Shown here in pieces: positions 30,405 through 34,940 of a stretch of DNA of 34,940 nt (within the stretch, counting starts at the first letter, position 1; every line of letters starts with the position of its first letter). The notes under the pieces are model-generated. The model was not told the origin of the DNA. It worked only from the letters and a program-made list of their open reading frames with translations, and ran no database searches. The translations under genes and the position numbers were made by a program. The DNA is taken from the sequence record SRR2962707_4543. One strand, written 5' to 3'.

Positions 30405-30944
30405 ATGACCGCACTCGTCCGCATCGCCGGCCTCATCGACGCTCTCAACGAGCGCGTGGGCCGCGCCGTTTCCTGGCTCGCCATCCTGATGGTGCTGGTC
30501 CAGTTCGTCGTCGTGCTGCAGCGCTACGTCTTCGGCATCGGCTCCATCTGGATGCAGGAATCGATCGTCTACATGCACGGGCTACTCTTCATGCTCGTCG
30601 CGGGCTACACGCTGCTCCACAACGCCCATGTCCGCGTCGATGTCCTCTACCGCGCCATGCGCCCGCGCGCCAAAGCCTGCGTCGATCTCCTCGGCACACT
30701 CTTCCTGCTCTGGCCCGTGTGCACCCTGATCTTCTACGTCTCCTTTCCCTATGTCGAAGCCTCGTGGAGCGTCCGCGAAGGCAGCCGCGAGACGAGCGGC
30801 ATTCAGGGCGTCTACCTTCTGAAAAGCGTCATCCTCGTCTTCGTCGTCCTGCTTGCCCTCCAGGGCCTGTCCACAATCATCCATGCGTTGCGCGTTCTCT
30901 CGGGGGCCGAAATGCCGCCGGAAGAAGCCTCGCCCATCCTCTGA
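30405..30944 (+). CDS. dctQ: TRAP transporter small permease
   Basis: Four TM segments, YTLLHNAHVRVD motif; ATG at 30405. Confidence 0.9.
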   Translation: MTALVRIAGLIDALNERVGRAVSWLAILMVLVQFVVVLQRYVFGIGSIWMQESIVYMHGLLFMLVAGYTLLHNAHVRVDVLYRAMRPRAKACVDLLGTLFLLWPVCTLIFYVSFPYVEASWSVREGSRETSGIQGVYLLKSVILVFVVLLALQGLSTIIHALRVLSGAEMPPEEASPIL

Positions 30945-30959
30945 AGGCAGCCCACCCCA

Positions 30960-32534
30960 ATGGACCTTCGCGCCAGTCTCGATGTCCTGATGTTCGTCGC
31001 CGCCTGCGCGGTGCTGCTGACGGGCTTTCCCGTCGCCTTCACGCTGGCGGGCGTCGCGCTCGCCTTTGGCCTCATCGGCATGGGCCTCGGCGTTTTCGAC
31101 TTCGGCTTCATGGCCGCGCTGCCCCAGCGCATCTACGGCAACATGACGAACGACGTGCTGATCGCCGTCCCGCTCTTCGTCTTCATGGGCACCATGCTGG
31201 AGCGTTCCCGCGTCGCCGAAGACCTTCTCGAAAACATGGGCCGCCTCTTCGGGCGGCTCCGCGGCGGCCTCGGCTTCTCCGTCTCGATCGTCGGCGCGCT
31301 GCTCGCCGCTTCCACCGGCATTGTTGGCGCGACGGTCGTGACGATGAGCCTCCTCGCGCTGCCGACCATGCTGCGCCGCGGCTACGACCCCTCGCTGGCG
31401 ACCGGCTCCATCGCGGCTGCCGGCACGCTCGGCCAGATCATCCCGCCCTCCATCGTCCTCGTGCTGCTTGGCGACACGCTCGCCAACTCCTATCAGAAGG
31501 CGCAACTCGAACAGGGCATCTTCTCCCCGGAAACGCTCTCCGTCGGCGATCTCTTCGCGGGCGCGCTTCTCCCCGGCCTCATGCTGGTTGTCTTCTACAT
31601 CCTCTATCAGGCCGTCCGCGCCGCGCTCGATCCGAAATCATCGCCCGCCATGCCAGTCGATGACAGCATCTCCACCGCCGAACTCTACAAGCGCACCCTC
31701 AGTGCGCTCGTGCCGCCGGTCGCCCTCATCGTCGCCGTCATGGGCTCGATTCTCGGGGGCATCGCAACGCCGACGGAAGCCGCCGCCCTCGGCGCCATCG
31801 GCTCGATCCTGCTCGCGGGCGAACGCGCGGGCGGCATGAAACGCGCCGTGCGCAGCGCCGCCGCCGCGCTCATCGCGCTCCTCTTCCTCACCTCGCTCAT
31901 GGACCTGCGCACCGCCCGCACCGAAATCTCCGGCATCGACCAGATCGCCATCTTCGCCGCCTACATCCTTTGCGCCGTCGTCGCTTTCGGCCTCGGCGCT
32001 TCCGTCTGGCGTCTCTGGCGCTCCGGCGTCCTCGGCGAGGTCTCGCAATCGACGGCGCGCATCACCTCGATGGTCTTCGTCATCCTGATCGGCGCGGCGC
32101 TTTTCAGCCTCGTCTTCCGCGGCCTCGGTGGCGACGAAACGGTGCAGGAGTTTCTCACCTCCATGCCCGGCGGCACTGTCGGCGCCATCGTCACCGTCAT
32201 GGCGATTATGTTCCTGCTCGGCTTCTTCCTCGATTTCATCGAGATCATATTCGTGGTCGTGCCCATCGTCGCGCCGATCCTGCTCACGATGGGGGTCGAT
32301 CCCGTCTGGCTCGGCGTCATGATGGCGATCAACCTGCAGACCTCTTTCCTCACGCCGCCCTTCGGCTTTGCGCTGTTTTATCTGCGCGGCGTCGCGCCCG
32401 AAAGCGTCACCACGATGCAGATTTATCGCGGCGCGATCCCCTTTGTCGGCCTGCAGGTCGTGGCGCTCGGCATCATCGCGCTCTTCCCCGCGCTGGCCAC
32501 CTGGTTGCCCCACCTCCTCTTCAGCGCTATGTGA
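30960..32534 (+). CDS. dctM: TRAP transporter large permease
   Basis: GFPVAFTL, AVPLFVFMG, ASTGIVGA, GTLGQIIPPS, ATPTEAA, QTSFLTPPFG. Confidence 0.93.
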   Translation: MDLRASLDVLMFVAACAVLLTGFPVAFTLAGVALAFGLIGMGLGVFDFGFMAALPQRIYGNMTNDVLIAVPLFVFMGTMLERSRVAEDLLENMGRLFGRLRGGLGFSVSIVGALLAASTGIVGATVVTMSLLALPTMLRRGYDPSLATGSIAAAGTLGQIIPPSIVLVLLGDTLANSYQKAQLEQGIFSPETLSVGDLFAGALLPGLMLVVFYILYQAVRAALDPKSSPAMPVDDSISTAELYKRTLSALVPPVALIVAVMGSILGGIATPTEAAALGAIGSILLAGERAGGMKRAVRSAAAALIALLFLTSLMDLRTARTEISGIDQIAIFAAYILCAVVAFGLGASVWRLWRSGVLGEVSQSTARITSMVFVILIGAALFSLVFRGLGGDETVQEFLTSMPGGTVGAIVTVMAIMFLLGFFLDFIEIIFVVVPIVAPILLTMGVDPVWLGVMMAINLQTSFLTPPFGFALFYLRGVAPESVTTMQIYRGAIPFVGLQVVALGIIALFPALATWLPHLLFSAM

Positions 32535-32539
32535 GCTTC

Positions 32540-33031
32540 ATGTCCGAAAACAACCCCCGCGACGCCGCCGACAAGGCGAGCAGCAACCTCACCCGCATGT
32601 CTTTGGTCTTCCTTGCCGTGGCAGGCGTCATCGCCTTCTATATCGGCACGGGCCGCGTAGACCTGAACGAGCCGGTCGAACTGACCGCAAGCATCTCGCA
32701 GCCGAATACATGGACCGGGACAGGCCCGCTCATGCTCGATGTCGGCGTCACCCTCGCCAACAACACCGAGGAGCCGCTGGCGCTCGAAACCGGATCGCAA
32801 TGCGACATCTTCCGCTGGTTCCTGACGGATGAAGACCAGAACTTCGTCCAGTCGCAGCGTGGCGAAGAAACCTGCGTCGAAGTCCCCGTCCGCGGCGAAC
32901 TCGAAGGCAAGCACACCATCTCCGGCGACTACACGCTCACTCTCGACCCGTCCCGCGCAAAACCCGGCGACTACATCCTCTTCTTGAAATACTGGGGCTA
33001 CGAACTCCGCGAGAACGTCACCATCGACTGA
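32540..33031 (+). CDS. Membrane-anchored hypothetical protein with an acidic, beta-rich (Ig-like, BsuPI-like) periplasmic domain
   Basis: ATG 32540, 5 nt after the dctM stop; single TM (SLVFLAVAGVIAFYIG); codon usage like its neighbours; C-terminal PGDYIL strand. Confidence 0.75.
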   Translation: MSENNPRDAADKASSNLTRMSLVFLAVAGVIAFYIGTGRVDLNEPVELTASISQPNTWTGTGPLMLDVGVTLANNTEEPLALETGSQCDIFRWFLTDEDQNFVQSQRGEETCVEVPVRGELEGKHTISGDYTLTLDPSRAKPGDYILFLKYWGYELRENVTID

Positions 33032-33034
33032 ACG

Positions 33035-33068
33035 AAAAAGGCCCGGATGCAAAACACCCGGGCCCTTC
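33035..33068 (-). terminator. Rho-independent terminator of the omp gene, between convergent genes
   Basis: Minus strand GGCCCGGGTG-TTTTG-CATCCGGGCC followed by TTTTT. Confidence 0.8.
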
Positions 33069-33086
33069 CGTTGAAGTTGCGTGCGC

Positions 33087-33731
33087 TCAGAAGCGGTAGT
33101 TCAGGCCCAGCCGCGCCGCGTCGCCGGTCGCTTCCGGCGAGAACGGTATGCCGACCGTGGCGCTGCCCTGCGTGTCGTAATGCAGGTATTCGATCTTTGC
33201 ACTGAGCTTCTCGCCCAGCGCCATCTCAAGGCCCGCGCCCGCAACCCAGCCGAGGTTGAGTTCGCTGTCGCTGCCGATGGTCGCAACGGAATAATCCACG
33301 TCGATCGCGGCGGCGCCCGCCGTCCCGTAGATGAGCATCCCGCGCTCGGCCGAACCGACGTCATAGCCGAGCCGCGCCCGGAAAGTGCCGAAGCTCTTCA
33401 TTTCGGACGTACAGGTGGTGGGCGAGGCGCAAAGACCGGTCGTCGAGTCGTCATCGGCATCCACCCAGGCATAGTCGGCCTCAAGGCCGAGCACCCACCT
33501 GCCGGTGTCCATGTTGACGCCGAGCGTGCCGCCCAGCATCACGCCATCCGTGTCATGCTTGACGCCGTTGGCACGCCAGTCCTGTTCCGTGGCGCCATAG
33601 CCGGCGGTGATACCGCCATAGACCCCACCCCAGTTGTAGCTCGGCTCTGGCCCGTAAGTGCCATCGGCGGAAGCCTGCCCAGCCGTAAACAGCGCTCCAA
33701 GCGCCAATGAAACAGCGAGAAAATTACGCAT
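33087..33731 (-). CDS. Outer-membrane 8-stranded beta-barrel protein (Omp25/Omp31/RopB-like)
   Basis: Signal peptide ending ASA-D, YNWGGVYGG..AGY, RARLGY, GWVAGAGLE, KIEYLHYD, terminal GLNYRF. Confidence 0.9.
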   Translation of the reverse strand: MRNFLAVSLALGALFTAGQASADGTYGPEPSYNWGGVYGGITAGYGATEQDWRANGVKHDTDGVMLGGTLGVNMDTGRWVLGLEADYAWVDADDDSTTGLCASPTTCTSEMKSFGTFRARLGYDVGSAERGMLIYGTAGAAAIDVDYSVATIGSDSELNLGWVAGAGLEMALGEKLSAKIEYLHYDTQGSATVGIPFSPEATGDAARLGLNYRF

Positions 33732-33874
33732 AATGGTGTCCCTACCCGGATTTGGTTGTTCCCAGAGAAAGTTACGGGGAATCTTGCCGGGCAGCCAGCC
33801 CCCAATGCGCTGAGATAGTGACCATAATGCCGCATAGGGCGCGCTAATTTATCTGCCGCTCAAGCTGAACAGCC

Positions 33875-34940
33875 TCACCCCGCGCCGAATTCGCCGCCGA
33901 ATTTGCGCTCGCTGGTGAAGCCCTTTGGCGGCAGGCGTCCCGCTTGCGCGCGCGAGCCCACCCAGTTCTTCAGGTCGGTGTGCGTGCGCGCCCGTCCGCC
34001 CTTGTCATAGACCGTGAGCCCTTCCTTCAGCGTGAAGGTCTTGACGTCCGCAAGCCCCTTCTCCGCATAGCGTTGCAGGCGCATGCCCTTGCCGCGCGTC
34101 ATCTCGTTCACTTCCTTAAGCGGGAAAATCAGCAGCTTCCGGTTTTCGCCGATCACCGCCACATGCGTGCCCTGCACCACCGCGCAGGCAACAGCCTCGT
34201 CCGTACCGGACGTGTTCAGTACCTGCTTGCCCGCACGGCGCATCGCCACCACCTCGTCTTCCGGCACAATGAAGCCGTTGCCTTCATGTGTGGCGACGAT
34301 AAGTTTCCGCCCCGGCTGATGCACAAAAAGTTCAACCACCTCATGGCTCTCGTCGAGGTCGATCATCAGCCGCACCGGCTCGCCATGTCCGCGCCCGCCG
34401 GGCAGCTTCGATGCTTCGAGCGTGTAGAAGCGCCCATCCGTCGCAAACAGCAATATCTTGTCCGTCGTCTCGGCATGCAGCATGAAGCGCGAGCCGTCGC
34501 CCTCCTTGAACTTGATCTCCGTGTCCGGGCCGACATGCCCTTTCATGGTGCGGATCCAGCCCTTCTTCGAGAACACGACCGTGATCGGCTCCTTCTCGAT
34601 CATCGCCTCGACCGGCACAAACTCGATCTTCGGCGCATTGGAAAACACCGTCCGCCTTGCGCCGAGCTTCGTCTTCGGCCCGAAAGTGTTTCGCACTTCC
34701 TTGATTTCTTCCGAGACGCGCGTCCATTGCTGGTTGTCGGATTTGACAAGCGCCTTAAGCTGCTTCTGCTCGGCGGTCAGTTCCTTGTGCTCGCCCTTGA
34801 TCTCCATTTCCTCAAGCTTGCGCAAACTGCGCAGCCGCATGTTGAGGATCGCTTCCGCCTGGTTGTCGGTCAGCTTGAAGCGCTTGATGAGCGCAGGCTT
34901 CGGCTCGTCTTCCTCGCGGATGATGCGGATCACCTCGTCG
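33875..34940 (-). CDS. parC: DNA topoisomerase IV subunit A, C-terminal part (begins outside the window)
   Basis: QAEAILNMRLRSLRKLEE, IEKEPITV..S.KGWIR, LPGGRG.GEP.RL, RGKG.RLQ; no GyrA box seen. Confidence 0.95.
   Translation of the reverse strand, partial: DEVIRIIREEDEPKPALIKRFKLTDNQAEAILNMRLRSLRKLEEMEIKGEHKELTAEQKQLKALVKSDNQQWTRVSEEIKEVRNTFGPKTKLGARRTVFSNAPKIEFVPVEAMIEKEPITVVFSKKGWIRTMKGHVGPDTEIKFKEGDGSRFMLHAETTDKILLFATDGRFYTLEASKLPGGRGHGEPVRLMIDLDESHEVVELFVHQPGRKLIVATHEGNGFIVPEDEVVAMRRAGKQVLNTSGTDEAVACAVVQGTHVAVIGENRKLLIFPLKEVNEMTRGKGMRLQRYAEKGLADVKTFTLKEGLTVYDKGGRARTHTDLKNWVGSRAQAGRLPPKGFTSERKFGGEFGAG

Noticed and set aside
31970-32539. Long N-terminal extension of the 353-aa ORF 31970-33031
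   Set aside because: It overlaps dctM out of frame with Arg-rich sequence; the real gene most likely starts at ATG 32540.

Overview
High-GC chromosomal window from an alphaproteobacterium (Hyphomicrobiales/Parvibaculum-like by gene content; the taxon is inferred). It is mostly a housekeeping backbone. In order: partial hppA; the glyA-nrdR-ribD-ribE-ribBX-ribH-nusB-thiL run; divergent mucR/ros; hemA; a GDPD; ldtP-ldtR; a valine/isobutyrate catabolic trio (acyl-CoA dehydrogenase, HIB-CoA hydrolase, mmsB); hemB; RDD, SLC13 and bpt/ate genes; a TRAP transporter; an Omp25-like barrel; partial parC. Between hemB and the RDD gene lies an accessory-looking block: TetR, ornithine decarboxylase, a hydroxyacid dehydrogenase, exbB-exbD-exbD-tonB-like, MarR, flavin reductase and a stand-alone motAB. 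The best candidate for something undescribed is the ExbB/ExbD/ExbD' motor. One ExbD has Asn instead of the essential Asp, and the TonB-like partner carries a Cys-containing C-terminal domain with no visible TonB_C signature. No TonB-dependent receptor is encoded nearby. No rRNA, tRNA, CRISPR array or mobile element was recognised. All calls come from reading the sequence and recalling protein families; no searches were run.
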